Shown here: one piece after another, positions 1-11,373 of the stretch
Position numbering within the stretch: position 1 is the stretch's first letter
How the letters are laid out: every line of letters starts with the position of its first letter
Assembly (NCBI GenBank): GCA_963804955.1
Contig: CAWDSQ010000026.1
Coordinates: 1 to 64,000 of the forward strand
Direction: 5' to 3'
Length of the DNA stretch: 64,000 nucleotides
DNA from: an uncultured delta proteobacterium
GTDB lineage: Bacteria; Desulfobacterota; WTBG01; CAIYCZ01; CAIRTM01
The notes under the pieces: model-generated
Told to the model about the DNA's origin: nothing
The model's database searches: none
What the model saw: only the letters and a program-made list of their open reading frames with translations
Translations under genes and position numbers: made by a program

Positions 1-1644
1 CGATCTTGTGGCCCATATCAACGGCCAGGCTTATGGCGAACTGGTCAACCTGATCAATGCCACCGGCCAGCCTCTTACCGGCAATAATGTTACATCCGAA
101 TCGACTGAGAATGTCACAGCCGAAACAGCATCCATTTCGATATCCAAGAAGGCTTCGCCAAGTTCAGGTGCACCGAGCACTAACGTCGATTTCACCATAA
201 ACGTGACCAACACGGGTATGGTCAGATTGGATCATATCAAGGTTGTAGACCAGCTCCCAGTCGGTCTGAATTTCGTTTCAGCCAATCTTTCGGGATCCGC
301 ATCAGGCCAGACAGTTAGCTGGTTGGATATAGGTTCACTTGAACCAGGCAAATCCACATACCTCGATCTTGTGGCCCATATCAACGGCCAGGCTTATGGC
401 GAACTGGTCAACCTGATCAATGCCACCGGCCAGCCTCTTACCGGCAATAATGTTACATCCGAATCACTGAAGAATGTTACAGCCGAAACAGCATCCATTT
501 CGATATCCAAGAAGGCTTCGCCAAGTTCAGGTGCACCGAGCACTAACGTCGATTTCACCATAAACGTGACCAACACGGGTATGGTCAGATTGGATCATAT
601 CAAGGTTGTAGACCAGCTCCCAGTCGGTCTGAATTTCGTTTCAGCCAATCTTTCGGGATCCGCATCAGGCCAGAACAGTTAGCTGGTTGGATATAGGTTC
701 ACTTGAACCAGGCAAATCCACATACCTCGATCTTGTGGCCCATATCAACGGCCAGGCTTATGGCGAACTGGTCAACCTGATCAATGCCACCGGCCAGCCT
801 CTTACCGGCAATAATGTTACATCCGAATCGACTGGAGAATGTTACAGCCGAAACAGCATCCATTTCGATATCCAAGAAGGCTTCGCCAAGTTCAGGTGCA
901 CCGAGCACTAACGTCGATTTCACCATAAACGTGACCAACACGGGTATGGTCAGATTGGATCATATCAAGGTTGTAGACCAGCTCCCAGTCGGTCTGAATT
1001 TCGTTTCAGCCAATCTTTCGGGATCCGCATCAGGCCAGACAGTTAGCTGGTTGGATATAGGTTCACTTGAACCAGGCAAATCCACATACCTCGATCTTGT
1101 GGCCCATATCAACGGCCAGGCTTATGGCGAACTGGTCAACCTGATCAATGCCACCGGCCAGCCTCTTACCGGCAATAATGTTACATCCGAATCGACGAGA
1201 ATGTCACAGCCGAAACAGCATCCATTTCGATATCCAAGAAGGCTTCGCCAAGTTCAGGTGCACCGAGCACTAACGTCGATTTCACCATAAACGTGACCAA
1301 CACGGGTATGGTCAGATTGGATCATATCAAGGTTGTAGACCAGCTCCCAGTCGGTCTGAATTTCGTTTCAGCCAATCTTTCGGGATCCGCATCAGGCCAG
1401 ACAGTTAGCTGGTTGGATATAGGTTCACTTGAACCAGGCAAATCCACATACCTCGATCTTGTGGCCCATATCAACGGCCAGGCTTATGGCGAACTGGTCA
1501 ACCTGATCAATGCCACCGGCCAGCCTCTTACCGGCAATAATGTTACATCCGAATCGACTGAGAATGTCACAGCCGAAACAGCATCCATTTCGATATCCAA
1601 GAAGGCTTCGCCAAGTTCAGGTGCACCGAGCACTAACGTCGATT
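1..1644 (+). repeat. Tandem array of ~4.5 near-identical 363-bp units
   Basis: CGATCTTGTGGCCCATATC recurs at 1, 364, 728, 1092 and 1454. Units differ only by a few indels/SNPs. The array runs off the left edge of the window. Confidence 0.97.
8..1644 (+). CDS. DUF11 (conserved repeat, Ig-like) surface protein, partial and frame-broken
   Basis: The 121-aa unit ISISKKASPSSGAPSTNVDFTINVTNTG...VVDQLPVGLNFVS matches the DUF11 pattern. It is split over ORFs 8..682, 784..1290 and 1293..1679. Confidence 0.8.
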
Positions 1645-2235
1645 ATCGGACGCGCCGTTTTTCCAGTATGTTGCCGTAAAGGTTTTCCCGTCAGATACGG
1701 ACCCTGCCACATATACATCATCACCGGCTACATACATGCTATGGGCATACGCGGCTTTTGTGCCGGTTGTCAGATTGAAAAGCTCTCCGTTTTTCCAGTA
1801 CTTTGCGGTATGGCCGTCATCGCCGGCCACATGCACATCATCTCCGGCTATGACTATTGAGCGGGCCGTCGCATTATTGCCGCCGCTGGTAAGGCTCACC
1901 GGAATCCCGTTTTTCCAGTAGGTCGCTGTCTGGCCGTCATTGCCGGCCACATACACATCATCGCCGGAGACGACTATTGCCCGGGCCGCGGCATTCATGC
2001 TGCCATCGGTCAGTTCTACCAGAGTGCCGTTTTTCCAGTATGCGGCAATTGTTGATTTGTAATTCCAGACTTTGCCTGCCACATAGACATCCGTTCCCGA
2101 GACGAAAACAGACGTCGCAGTGGACTTATAGGGTATGCGGCACGACGCGCACAAAAGCGTAAGCATGGCGCAGCACAGAAACAAGCCTCCACTGTGCATG
2201 CTCATGCTCGAAAAAACCCGGTACTGTTTCACCAT
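1633..2235 (-). CDS. Lipoprotein with ~40-aa DVYVAG...ATYWKNG repeats (beta-propeller-like), C-terminally truncated
   Basis: Lipobox-like LCASC and four YWKNG repeats. The ORF ends inside the DUF11 array straight after a repeat motif. Confidence 0.7.
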   Translation of the reverse strand: MVKQYRVFSSMSMHSGGLFLCCAMLTLLCASCRIPYKSTATSVFVSGTDVYVAGKVWNYKSTIAAYWKNGTLVELTDGSMNAAARAIVVSGDDVYVAGNDGQTATYWKNGIPVSLTSGGNNATARSIVIAGDDVHVAGDDGHTAKYWKNGELFNLTTGTKAAYAHSMYVAGDDVYVAGSVSDGKTFTATYWKNGASDNRR

Positions 2236-2379
2236 GATATCCTGCTCCTTCCGGAAGGATGGGTGTTGCCGTGAAATACTGTTTTTGCAAAATGCTGTCT
2301 TAGTATAATAAACTTAATGCTTCCGGTCAAGGCCGATGCCGGTACGGGGCAGGCTGCGTAGAGGCAAGCAGGGGTGGAA

Positions 2380-2420
2380 ACCAGGGCGCCCGCACCTTTT
2401 TCCGGTGCGGGCGCCCTGGT
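2380..2420. terminator. GC-rich hairpin downstream of the dnaJ-class gene
   Basis: ACCAGGGCGCCCGCACC / GGTGCGGGCGCCCTGGT perfect inverted repeat. Confidence 0.65.
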
Positions 2421-2439
2421 GCGGCATGGTGTTACTCTT

Positions 2440-3387
2440 TTAAAAACCTTCCCGCGCAAGCTCTTCAAACAGCTTGCGCTGCTGCGGGGTGAGATCCCGC
2501 GGCACGGCGACAGTTATCTGCACCAGCTGGTCACCCTTGCCTGTTTTACCGAAATGGGGAATGCCATAGCCGCGCAGGCGCATCTTGGTGTTGTTCTGAA
2601 TGCCTGCCGGCACTTTCATCTGTTTGGACTCCTGAAGGGTCGGCACCTCTATGGTCGTACCGAGCACCGCTTCGGACAACTTTATCTCCCGGTTGAGTAT
2701 GATATCATCGCCATCGCGCTTGAAAAACGGATGCTCATGCACCTGTATGGTCAGATACAGGTCGCCGGGCGGCATGCCCGGCCCTGCCTCGCCGCCCTTG
2801 CCGGTCAGGCGCAGTTTCTGGCCGGAGCTGATGCCTGCTGGAATCCGCACCTTCACCTGCCTGCGGCTGCCGTCGAACATATAGTCGATTGTTTTTTCGC
2901 TGCCGTTTACGGCTTCGAGAAAATCGACAAAAAGGTCCATGGTAAAGTCCTGGCCCTTCTGGGCATAGGCCTGACGTCCTCCGAAACCGCCGCCACCCCC
3001 GAAAAGGTCTTCCATATTAACTGCGCCGCCACGCCGCCGGCCGCCGGCCTTGCCGCCACCGCCGAAAATCGTGCCGAAAATATCGCCGCCGAAGCCCATT
3101 TCGCTGAAAATGTCGTTAGTGTCGAAACCCCGGAAAATGTCCTCCTGCGAGTAGCGCTGATGAAAACCGCTGGAGCCGAACTGGTCATACTGGCGCCGCT
3201 TTTTCTCATCGCTGAGCACGGCATAGGCCTCGTTGACCTCCTTGAAACGATCCTCGGACTTTTTATCGCCCGGATTTTTGTCGGGATGATATTTAAAGGC
3301 AAGTTTTTTGAAGGCCTTTTTTATATCGTCCTGCGATGCGGTTTTGCTGACCCCGAGAGTTTTGTAATAATCCTTGTCTGCTGCCAT
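2440..3387 (-). CDS. DnaJ-class chaperone (type II, CbpA-like)
   Basis: J domain with HPD, G/F-rich region, DnaJ C-terminal domain, no CxxCxGxG zinc finger. Confidence 0.93.
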   Translation of the reverse strand: MAADKDYYKTLGVSKTASQDDIKKAFKKLAFKYHPDKNPGDKKSEDRFKEVNEAYAVLSDEKKRRQYDQFGSSGFHQRYSQEDIFRGFDTNDIFSEMGFGGDIFGTIFGGGGKAGGRRRGGAVNMEDLFGGGGGFGGRQAYAQKGQDFTMDLFVDFLEAVNGSEKTIDYMFDGSRRQVKVRIPAGISSGQKLRLTGKGGEAGPGMPPGDLYLTIQVHEHPFFKRDGDDIILNREIKLSEAVLGTTIEVPTLQESKQMKVPAGIQNNTKMRLRGYGIPHFGKTGKGDQLVQITVAVPRDLTPQQRKLFEELAREGF

Positions 3388-3397
3388 GCATTCCCCC

Positions 3398-5139
3398 TTA
3401 ACGGTATGATTCCTTTATGAGCCCGTTTAAATAATCCTGCGGATTATCGATTGCCTGAGCGTCGATATCAAAAACGCCGCAGCCGGTCCGCTCCCGGATA
3501 AGCTTGAGCCCGTGCTGGTAGTTTGAAAACAGCTCGCGCAGCAGTTTGCCGGCATCGGCATCCTCAACAAGCGTTCGCCAGATCAGGCGATTGAGGGCCT
3601 GATCCGTAAAGTGAATGCCGATGCCGTGGTACCGCGAAAAGGCCTGCTCGTAGCCGCGCGCCTCCTCCGTCACCAGCACGGCTTCCTCCAGCACGGCAGC
3701 GCAGTCCATGCAGCAGGTTGAGGCAATACGCACGATCGTATCTATGAAGGTTTCGCTCAGCAGAAACAGGCACTGCGGGTCGAGGCTCTCCCGGCGCGCA
3801 AGCATGCGGGTTTTCAGGGCACATTCATCTCGCTGCAGCAAGCTCTGCATGGCGGGCATACATCTGCTCGAGCCCCTGGCCTGCCATGATGCGGTCAAAC
3901 GCAGAATCCGGGTCTGCGGCCATCTCGGCGCTGACCACAAGGCGGGTTATGCCGCTTGAAGGCAGCGACTTCTCAAACTTCAACAAGCACGCGCTCAAGG
4001 GCGCTGATAAGGCCGCGAGCGCCTGTTTTTTCGCAAAAGGCAGCTTCGGCGATGGCGCGCAGAGCCTCGTCTTCAAACCGCAGATCAATGCCGTAGGCAA
4101 AAAAATCCTTCTTTTTGCTCATAACGACGGAGCTTGCCGGGCTTTTCAGTATCTGATAGAGGTCATCTGCGCTGAGCGGATCAAATACAGCCACAACGGG
4201 CAGGCGGCCGATAAACTCCGATTCAAACCCGTAGCTCTGGAGGTCTTCGGCCTTGACCTCCCGCAGCAGGTGCTCGCGGATGTTTGCCGTGCGCAGCGCA
4301 GCTCCGAAACCCAGGCCCTGACGGTTCAGCCGCTTTTCAATGATATCGTCAATATCGTTGAAGGCGCCGCTCATGATAAATAAAATATTGCGCGTATTTA
4401 TAATGCTGCGCTCCCGCTTGCCCGTGCGGCGAAACTGCTCAAGGGCCTCCATCTGGGACACGACATCATGAGGCACCTTTAAATCGACTTCCGTTTCCTC
4501 CATGGGCTTCAGCAGCGCCCGCTGCACCCCCGTGCGCGATACGTCAAGTCCCCAGCCTCCCCTGCTGCCGGCGATTTTGTCTATCTCATCGATATAGATG
4601 ATGCCGTACTGCGCCCGCTTAATGTCTCCGCCCGCTTCGCGAACCAGGTCGCGAACCAGGTCTTCCACATCGCCGCCCACATAGCCCGTCTCGCTGAACT
4701 TGGTTGCATCGCCCTTTACAAACGGAACGCCGATTTTCTGGGCGATCAGCTTGATCAGAAATGTCTTGCCCACGCCGGTCGGGCCGACCATAAGAATATT
4801 ATTCTTCACATTTCCTATGGCAGGTGACCGGTCCCGACGGCTGACGCGGTTGAAGTGCGTGCAAATCTTGGTGGCAAGAATTTCCTTGGCCCTGCCCTGC
4901 CCGATTGCATAGTCGTTCAGATATGCCTCGAGCTCCACAGGCTTCATGTTGAATGTAATATGGGGCATGTCCCCGGTATCTTTGCCCTGTGGCGTATCAT
5001 CCCGGACTCCGGGTATTTCATCAGTATTGGGAAATGCCATGGGTGTAGAGAGCTTCACCCTGTCTCCATATTTCTTTGACAGATAGTCATTGAGCTCTTT
5101 TTCAAGCTCACCCGGGCTTGGCAGGCTTTCCTTTGCCAT
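3398..5139 (-). CDS. ClpX-like AAA+ ATPase with C-terminal extension (frameshifted)
   Basis: Walker A GPTGVGKT, DATKFSETGYVGGDVE, Walker B IYIDEIDK, EFIGRLP and TGARGL. Continues through ORFs 3825..4100 and 3398..3940. Confidence 0.85.
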
Positions 5140-5418
5140 AACGCGCTCCTTGTCCGATATTTCTAGGTATATCGTAAGCATCACCGGGAGCCGAGTCAAA
5201 TTTTTTATCATGCAGAGCATAAAAAAAGACGTGCATAGTCGTCATATGCACGCCCTGTTTCAGTATCATGGCATAAAACGCTTCCGGAAGCGGCCTGGCT
5301 GAATGCAGGTTCAGGGGGAGCGCCTACAGCACATTCTGATCAGAATTCACCAGTAAGCATGCTGCCGCAACAATCGATTTCATACCCCGGTGAATACGTA
5401 TATCAGCCAGATGCGAGC

Positions 5419-6139
5419 CTATTTGCCTTTTTTCGGGCACAGGCTGTCAGCCTTGATCTGGGCAAACTGTTTTTGCCCGGACAGGGGGTTCTTTTCAAGA
5501 AACTCTTTATACTGATTGCATGCCTTCTGCTTGTCGCCGGCCAATTCAAACACGCGGGCAAGATTCAGGGCAGCAGCACTCCCGCCTTCGGCCTGGGTGT
5601 CGTTTTTCTGTTTTTCAAACCATTCTGCAGCCTGTTTAAAATCACCCTTGGCTTCGAAGGCATAGCCGATGCCCTCATAGCCCGCAGAGCGCAGATACTG
5701 CAGTGTTCCATGGGCGGCATCAAGAAACTCCTTATAATAGCCGATGGCGTCATCATATTTTTTGAGGCTGTAGGCGCAGTTCCCCTCATACAGCAGGGCC
5801 ATTGTGCCTGACATGGTGCTGCCATGCTTGTTCCGTCACCTCTTTAAACTGAGCCAGGGCCTTTTCATACAGTGCCGTCTGTGCTCCGGCGGCCTTGCTG
5901 TCGACCGGCGCCGTCATGGTGCTCATGGCCGCATAAAACATGTTGAGGGAATCCCGCTCCGCCCGCGCCTTCATAGCGCTCCAGGCCAGAACTGCGGCAG
6001 CCACCACCACAACGGCAAGGGCTATAGCGCCAATCTGCCGGGCATTCTGCTCCACATACTCCCTTACAGTAATCCACAGTGTTATCGGGTTTTCAGCATC
6101 AATTAGTTTCTTCTTAGGCTTCACCTTGATCTTTGCCAT
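5419..6139 (-). CDS. Membrane-anchored TPR protein (YfgM-like), frameshifted
   Basis: N-terminal TM helix (5786..6139) plus TPR-like helices (5419..5814). Confidence 0.75.
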
Positions 6140-6223
6140 ACCTTTGCCGCCTCTCCTGCTGCTGTTAGTTCTTGTTCCTGTAGTATGTCCGATACGAAAA
6201 ACGGCGCTGCGCTTTCCGCTATT

Positions 6224-6765
6224 TCAGTTTTCAGCCGTCAGATACGGCGCAAACCTGTCATATTTCTTCGGGCCGATACCCCCGACTTTTTTCAGCTCAC
6301 CAAGAAATCGAATGCCGCCGCTGCGGTCGCGGTAGTCCACTATGGCCTGCGCTGTAATCCTGCCCATGCCGGGGATCAGCGCCAAATCATCAACCGTTGC
6401 AGTTGCAAGAGATATCGGAAGGAAGCAGTGTATCCGCGCCTGGGCGCTCATGGACCCGACGGACACCTGCCTGTCGACAACAATTCTGCTGCCGTTTGGC
6501 AGATTCCTGCTGCCGGCGGCTGCCTCCGGCAGGAGCCCCCTGGCTCCAGCCGCGTCAAGCAACTGCCCCAGCTGTTGCGGGCTGTCATAGACTGTAGATG
6601 CCAGGCGACCGCACAGAGCCCGCAACCTCATAGACATACTGCTTCCGGGGAGATTGCGGGGTACCGGCTCACGCGGGGCCAGCAGGCTGCCAGCCCGCCC
6701 TGCACAGCGCCAGCAGCAAGCAGGGCGCATAGTACCATAAGCTGCTCTCTGTTGTACAGAGCCAT
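6224..6765 (-). CDS. ComEA-like helix-hairpin-helix DNA-binding protein
   Basis: HhH motifs LALIPGMG...AQAIVDYR and LKKVGGIGPKK. The ATG directly follows the cimA stop (TAAATG). Frameshift near the N-terminus. Confidence 0.8.
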
Positions 6766-8351
6766 TTACTCGGCTGCCCCCTTGATCTCGTCTTTGAGCA
6801 GCTTGTAGGTAATGCTGTCGGTGAGGGCCTGCCAGCTTGCTTCGATAATGTTTTCAGACACGCCAACCGTGCCCCACCGGTCATGCCGGTCACCGGTTTC
6901 GATGAGCACTCGCACTCTTGGATGCCGTACCTTCCCCGCCTGTGAGCACGCGCACCTTGTAGTCGATGAGGTGAACCTGCTTCAGCTCGGGATAGAACTT
7001 CTCAAGGGCCTTGCGCAGGGCATTGTCAAGCGCGTTCACCGGGCCATTGCCCATGGCTGCCGTATGCTCGATCTTGCCGCCGACTTTCACCATGATTGTT
7101 GCCTCGGACACGGGCTCGGCCTCTTCCTTTTTTTCGTTGATGACCCGGAACCCCACGAGGTCAAAATAGCGCTTTTTTACCCCCAGGGCCTTGCGCATGC
7201 GCAGCTCAAATGACGCCTCGGCGCCTTCGAACTGAAACCCGTGGCGCTCCAGGTCTTTGAGGTCGGCAAGCATCTCCTGCACCAGCGGGTCGTGGCTTTC
7301 GATGTCGATATTGAACTGCTGGGCCTTCTGCAGGATATTGGCGCGGCCGGACTGGTCGGAAACCAGTATCCGCTGCGTGTTGCCCACGCGCTCCGGGGGC
7401 TATATGCTCATAGGTATCGGAGCGGCGCTGCACAGCGCTCACATGCACGCCCGCCTTGTGCGCAAATGCGCTTGAGCCCACAAACGGCTGGTGCTTGTTG
7501 TGCGGCAGGTTGGCCAGTTCATAGACAAACCGGGACAGCTCGGAAATTTTCCGCAGCTGCTCATCGCTTATGCAGTCCATGCCCATCTTGATTTTCAGGT
7601 TGGGTATGATGGAGCAGAGGTTGGCATTGCCGCACCGCTCGCCGCAGCCATTGATGGTGCCCTGCACCTGCGTGCAGCCGCACTCGACTAGCGGCAAGGC
7701 TGTTGGCAACGGCAAGATCGCTGTCATTGTGCGCATGAATGCCCAGGGGCGCGTCGATTTCCTGCCGCACGGCGCTGAGTATTCTGTGAATTTCATAGGG
7801 CAGCGTTCCGCCATTGGTGTCGCACAGCACAAGGCAGTCGGCGCCGCCGCTGAGGGCGCTGCGCAAAATGCTGATGGCATAGTCGGGATGAGCCTTGTAC
7901 CCGTCGAAAAAATGCTCGGCATCGAAAAAAACTTCAGGCACATGCCGCTTGAGATAGGCTATCGACTCCTGGATAAGCCGCAGGTTGTCATCAGGGGATA
8001 TCCTGAGCACGCCTTTTATATGCATGTCCCAGGACTTGCCGAAAATCGTCACCGCTTCTGTCCGGGCATGTATAAGCTCGTTGAGGTTTTTATCTTTTTC
8101 AACTGCTGATGCCCGGCTTTGCCGTGCTGCCGAAGGCGGTAACGACGGCGTTTTTCAGGCGGCAGTTTTTCACTTCCTTGAAATACTGGAAATCCTTCGG
8201 GTTTGAGCCTGGCCAGCCGCCCTCGATATAGTGCATGCCCAAGCTCATCAAGCCGCTGCGTGATGCGCAGCTTATCCTCGACGGAGAAGGAAATATCTTC
8301 GGTCTGGTTGCCTTCCCTGAGCGTTGCGTCATAGAGCCGAATCTGCTTCAT
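6766..8351 (-). CDS. cimA: Citramalate synthase (multiple frameshifts)
   Basis: [61 protein letters not shown] and GNGPVNALD across ORFs 8049..8360, 8099..8332, 7561..8052, 7206..7943 and 6890..7387. Confidence 0.9.
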
Positions 8352-8462
8352 AGTATGCATCTTTCATATAAAAATCCGGAATGGCTGAAATCATAGCACA
8401 GCCGCGCAAAAAGAAAAAGCCCGCGGCTGAAAGCGGTGCGGGCTGCACAGCGTTTGCCGGCA

Positions 8463-8738
8463 TCACCGTGCGTCGACATCAATATCCGCATCAAGAGAGT
8501 CCCAGCGAAGGTGAAAACCGTTGAGCATGGTGATAGTGAGCATGCGGCGCACAGCAGGATCCCTGAGCCAGCAGGTCTTTTCATGCGCCACAAAATACGG
8601 GATGCCATCCAGCATTATCCAGATGCCCAGCTTGTCGGAGCTGGTTATTTCAGCGAACAGCCCGCTTCGCCTCTCCTGCGCGCGATCTGCTGCATCGCTG
8701 TTTTTACGATAAGGTGCTGCATTCATGGCGCTCTGCAT
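8463..8738 (-). CDS. DUF2442-like protein
   Basis: GIWIMLDG..YF....CWLR...HLRWDSLDADIDVD resembles DUF2442. Start uncertain. Confidence 0.6.
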   Translation of the reverse strand: MQSAMNAAPYRKNSDAADRAQERRSGLFAEITSSDKLGIWIMLDGIPYFVAHEKTCWLRDPAVRRMLTITMLNGFHLRWDSLDADIDVDAR

Positions 8739-8803
8739 AAAAGACCTCCCGACGTTTAGATACTGGCAGCGACTCCATGCCAGAGAGTCAACCCCCTTTT
8801 TCA

Positions 8804-9263
8804 TCACAGGGCAACCGCCGCCTTGACGACAATTTTTTTTACAGCCGCCGGCTGCCCGTCAACGGCAACGCCCGGCATATGGGCGTCGGAGGGCAGCATG
8901 ACGGCGAACATGCCCTGCTGCAGCAGCAGAAAATCGGCACGCCCCTGGTGAAACTGCACGTCGCGCTCAGCGTCATAGGGCCCCTCAGGCTTCAGCAGCA
9001 TGGCCGGCGCATAGCCCATAAGCTCCCTGCCCCGCACCACATACTGCACATCAATATACCGCCGGTGCGTTTCAAGCCTGCAAGCCTCCTGCGGCCTGGT
9101 CATATACTCATCTACAATCGCGTACAGGCTCTGCCCCTGCAGCTCATACTTTCCGGGCGGCAGCTGCGCTGTTTGCTCGCTCTGCAGCCAGCGCAGGGCG
9201 GCACGCTATATTCTCATGCAGCAGCAGACAGATGCCTTCATGTTCAAGACAGTCAACAACCAT
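8804..9263 (-). CDS. YhcH/YjgK/YiaL family protein (frameshifted near N-terminus)
   Basis: ETHRRYIDVQY, YDAERDVQF, PSDAHMP and VKKIVVK motifs. Confidence 0.85.
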
Positions 9264-9318
9264 CAGCAGTTCCTGTTCCGTTTGTTTTCATGGCGCCCCG
9301 CGAAAATAATGCTCGATA

Positions 9319-9567
9319 TTATTTCTTGGCTGCGGCAGCCTCGAATTGGTCCTGGGTTATTTCAATAACTTCAGACTGCTGCAAAGTCACTTGCGTTTTC
9401 GAAACTGCGTCCTTGAACCGGATTGCACCATTCATTTTCCTGTTTATATCCTGCGTGTAGTAGACTTTGTTTGATGCCGGATCGGTTATTTTATAATAGC
9501 CTGCGCAGCCAAGCAGCGTTAACGAGACGACCATGCTCAACATAAAAAAAACGAGCCTGTTTTTCAT
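9319..9567 (-). CDS. Small lipoprotein
   Basis: MKNRLVFF...LLGC lipobox, 82 aa, preceded by an AGGAGAAAGG RBS. Confidence 0.75.
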   Translation of the reverse strand: MKNRLVFFMLSMVVSLTLLGCAGYYKITDPASNKVYYTQDINRKMNGAIRFKDAVSKTQVTLQQSEVIEITQDQFEAAAAKK

Positions 9568-9643
9568 GACCTTTCTCCTTAATATGTTTATGTGATTACC
9601 CGAAAAAGCTATTTTATATTTCCGGTGCTGATCAGCTCTGCAT

Positions 9644-11002
9644 CTACTCAAGGCTCTCGGCACCGACAAGCTTGTACACCTCGCCGCTGCGGCCGACAGG
9701 TCCCAGTTTCCTGCTGGTCAGCAGGTACAGCTCGCCGTTTTCATCCTGGCCAAAGCTGAGCAGAAATCTGCTGAGCTTCCCCGCCCGTCCGCCTTCATAC
9801 CGCACATTGGCGGTTTCCACCTGCCACCCGCCGCCGGCATCTTCGACTGCAACAAACAGCGAGCCGTCAGGACTGATAAAACTTGTCGACCAGTCTCCAA
9901 ATATATACTTACCCGCAAGGGCTGAAATAGCGCTCCCGCGGTACACATATCCTCCGGTCACCGACCTGCCGGTGATGGTGCCGTTGTCGCCGGGATGTCC
10001 GTACACGATGATCGGGTCGATAAGGGGTTCGCCGCCGCTGCCGTTATCCGGGCAGACAGCAAGGGGCTGCGTAGCTTTGTCCTGATTGAAGCAGCTCGTG
10101 CCTTCCTTGATATTCCAGCCATAGTTGCCGCCTGCAGTCACGATATTTATCTCTTCATACAGGCTCTGGCCCACATCGCCGCAAAAAAGCCTGTTGTCGC
10201 CGCCGCGGTCAAACGAAAACCGCCAGGGATTGCGGAAGCCATAGGCAAAAATTTCCTCTTTTTTATCCGACTCGCCGGCAAAAGGATTTCCCGGCGGTAT
10301 GGCTGCCGCGCCCGGGATGCTCACATCAAGCCTGAGTATTTTTCCGAGCAGCTTTGCCGTGTCCTGGCCATTTCCGGTGCCCTCGGTGTGGCCCGTGCCA
10401 ACATCATTGGCATTTCCGCCATCGCCGATACCGATATAGAGAAAACCGTCACGGCCGAAGGCAAGCTGGCCTCCATTGTGGTTTGCCTGCGGATGCGGCA
10501 CATCAAGCAGCACCTGCTCGCTGCTGGCATCAGCCGTATCCGTATCGGCAGCTGACACGAGAAACTCAGCCACACGGGCGTTTGAGTGGTAGCCCTGAGG
10601 GTCGGTCGGCTTGGGTGCAGCATTGTAGAAAATAAAAAACCTGCCGTTTGTGGCGTAATCGGGATGAAACACCAGTCCCAGCAGGCCGCTTTCATCATAG
10701 ACTGACGATGGCTTGACCATGCGGCTTTTGATGTCAAGAAAAGGTTCGGCCGAAACAGTGCCATCGGCTTTAATTATCTTAATAATGCCCGTCTGCTCTG
10801 TGATAAAAAGCCTGCTCGACCCGTCGGGCGGCACAGCAAGCGCCGTGGGATGGGTAAATCCGCCTGCTATGCGTTTGAGCTGCAGGGTGTAGGCAGGCTC
10901 GGGTTTAGGTTTGCATCCGGCTGAAGAAAAAAAGCTGCAGACTAAACACATAAAAATACCGGCGCCCATACAGGAAAAAAAACGTACTTTTTGCATCTTC
11001 AT
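9644..11002 (-). CDS. PQQ-dependent sugar (glucose/sorbosone) dehydrogenase family lipoprotein
   Basis: GLLGLVFHP, NHNGGQLAFG.DG.LYIG.GDGG, GKILR, AYGFRNPWRFSFD and GGNYGW motifs. Confidence 0.9.
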   Translation of the reverse strand: MKMQKVRFFSCMGAGIFMCLVCSFFSSAGCKPKPEPAYTLQLKRIAGGFTHPTALAVPPDGSSRLFITEQTGIIKIIKADGTVSAEPFLDIKSRMVKPSSVYDESGLLGLVFHPDYATNGRFFIFYNAAPKPTDPQGYHSNARVAEFLVSAADTDTADASSEQVLLDVPHPQANHNGGQLAFGRDGFLYIGIGDGGNANDVGTGHTEGTGNGQDTAKLLGKILRLDVSIPGAAAIPPGNPFAGESDKKEEIFAYGFRNPWRFSFDRGGDNRLFCGDVGQSLYEEINIVTAGGNYGWNIKEGTSCFNQDKATQPLAVCPDNGSGGEPLIDPIIVYGHPGDNGTITGRSVTGGYVYRGSAISALAGKYIFGDWSTSFISPDGSLFVAVEDAGGGWQVETANVRYEGGRAGKLSRFLLSFGQDENGELYLLTSRKLGPVGRSGEVYKLVGAESLE

Positions 11003-11045
11003 AGTCTACCCCCTTAAAAAAAACAAGAGATTTCAGGTGTCGCAC

Positions 11046-11078
11046 TTCTGAGGCAGGCACTACCTGCCTGCCTCAGAA
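11046..11078. promoter_or_regulatory. 14-bp perfect hairpin upstream of the PQQ dehydrogenase gene (terminator- or attenuator-like)
   Basis: TTCTGAGGCAGGCA-ctacc-TGCCTGCCTCAGAA. Confidence 0.45.
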
Positions 11079-11373
11079 ACAATCGATAGGTTAAAGTATG
11101 TTATATGCAGGCATGTTTTACAATCTTTTTTATCGCACAATGAAGTGCATCAAGCATATGCAAGATCCCCATAAACGTATTTCAGCACATTCGACTACAA
11201 CCAGAGGAATCTTCCCGGCGGTGCGCAATTACCGGATAAGGTGCTGTCGGTGTCGCAGTCCAGGCTGGTGAGAACATACTATGTTCGGGGAAATTCAGCA
11301 GGGCTGTCAAGGGCACGTTAAAAATATGCTGAATGTGCATCAACAGAGGAAGGAGAAAAAAACATCGGCGCGG

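Noticed and set aside
1..1644. Tandem array as a CRISPR
   Set aside because: The 363-bp units are protein-coding, with no unique spacers and no cas genes.
2374..3420. 348-aa plus-strand ORF
   Set aside because: Antisense shadow of the dnaJ-class gene with no motifs. The same applies to long ORFs opposite ilvD, carB and the radical SAM gene.
11080..11370. Riboswitch or ncRNA in the intergenic region before the PQQ dehydrogenase
   Set aside because: I could not match any known aptamer consensus or build a convincing structure beyond one hairpin.
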